Shown here one piece after another: positions 63,571 to 64,000 of a stretch of DNA of 64,000 nucleotides (its first letter is position 1; each line of letters starts with the position of its first letter). Below the pieces are notes generated by a model. That model was not told the origin of the DNA. It did no database searches and worked only from the letters and a program-made list of their open reading frames with translations. Position numbers and translations under genes: made by a program. Origin of the DNA: Mytilus trossulus (lineage: Eukaryota); assembly GCF_036588685.1 (NCBI RefSeq), contig NC_086376.1, positions 61,566,001 to 61,630,000 on the forward strand, written 5' to 3'.

Positions 63571-64000
63571 GTCTGTTAAATGCACACTTACCTGGGTATG
63601 TGAAAGCACGTTTGTTACATGTCAATTAAGATAAGTATACGTACGACAATATGGCAGAGGGCATGCTTCTGTTGAGAAACGGTGTTTCCGAATCCCTTTG
63701 TAATATTGTATCATTGTATTTATATGTGTATGTCATGTACATGATTTTTTCAAAATAACATATGATTAAAGTAAACGGTAAGTCGACAGAGGGAAAGTTG
63801 AAATAGGAACTTGAGTTGTAAAATCAAGATTGAAGACGTCAGTCTTTCTACTTTCGTGTAATCCAGTTTATAAATGTCACTTAGATTAATGAGTGATAGG
63901 ACGTCATCAATATTGTATCATATGAGTTAGACAAAATTGTACATTCTTAATCGTTTTATGAGAGAGCAACAAGTGTGAAATTATCCAAGCATTCATTTCA

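Overview
AT-rich eukaryotic genomic DNA with spliceosomal introns. The repeat landscape suggests a bivalve mollusc, most likely a Mytilus-type mussel (inference). The window holds: (1) the last two exons of an atypical dual-specificity phosphatase gene (214-1400, +). (2) A head-to-tail array of seven paralogous three-exon genes (ATGs at 5125, 13602, 25841, 35511, 45629, 52693, 57880; all +). They encode secreted proteins whose mature region is Cys-free, Gly/Asn/Tyr-rich and low-complexity, with GGLNG[FY]GSY repeats. Each has a short non-coding exon 1, a large exon 2, and a 20-nt coding piece in exon 3, missed by the ORF track, that adds a C-terminal GKKGTY. Copy 7 has a nonsense codon and a frameshift. 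Copies 1-4 lie in young 8.5-12 kb tandem duplication units with a mosaic history. All seven promoters keep a kappaB-like site, an invariant ATCATTGTGGT (Sox/Runx-like) core and a TATA box. (3) Many transposon remnants: Penelope-like RT fragments, TA- and TTAA-flanked MITEs, and a 3.9 kb non-autonomous TIR element with nested insertions. There are also two retrozyme-like tandem arrays of minimal type I hammerhead ribozymes, several decayed hammerheads, and a covarying structured RNA module at retroelement 3' ends. All coordinates were read by eye and no database searches were run.
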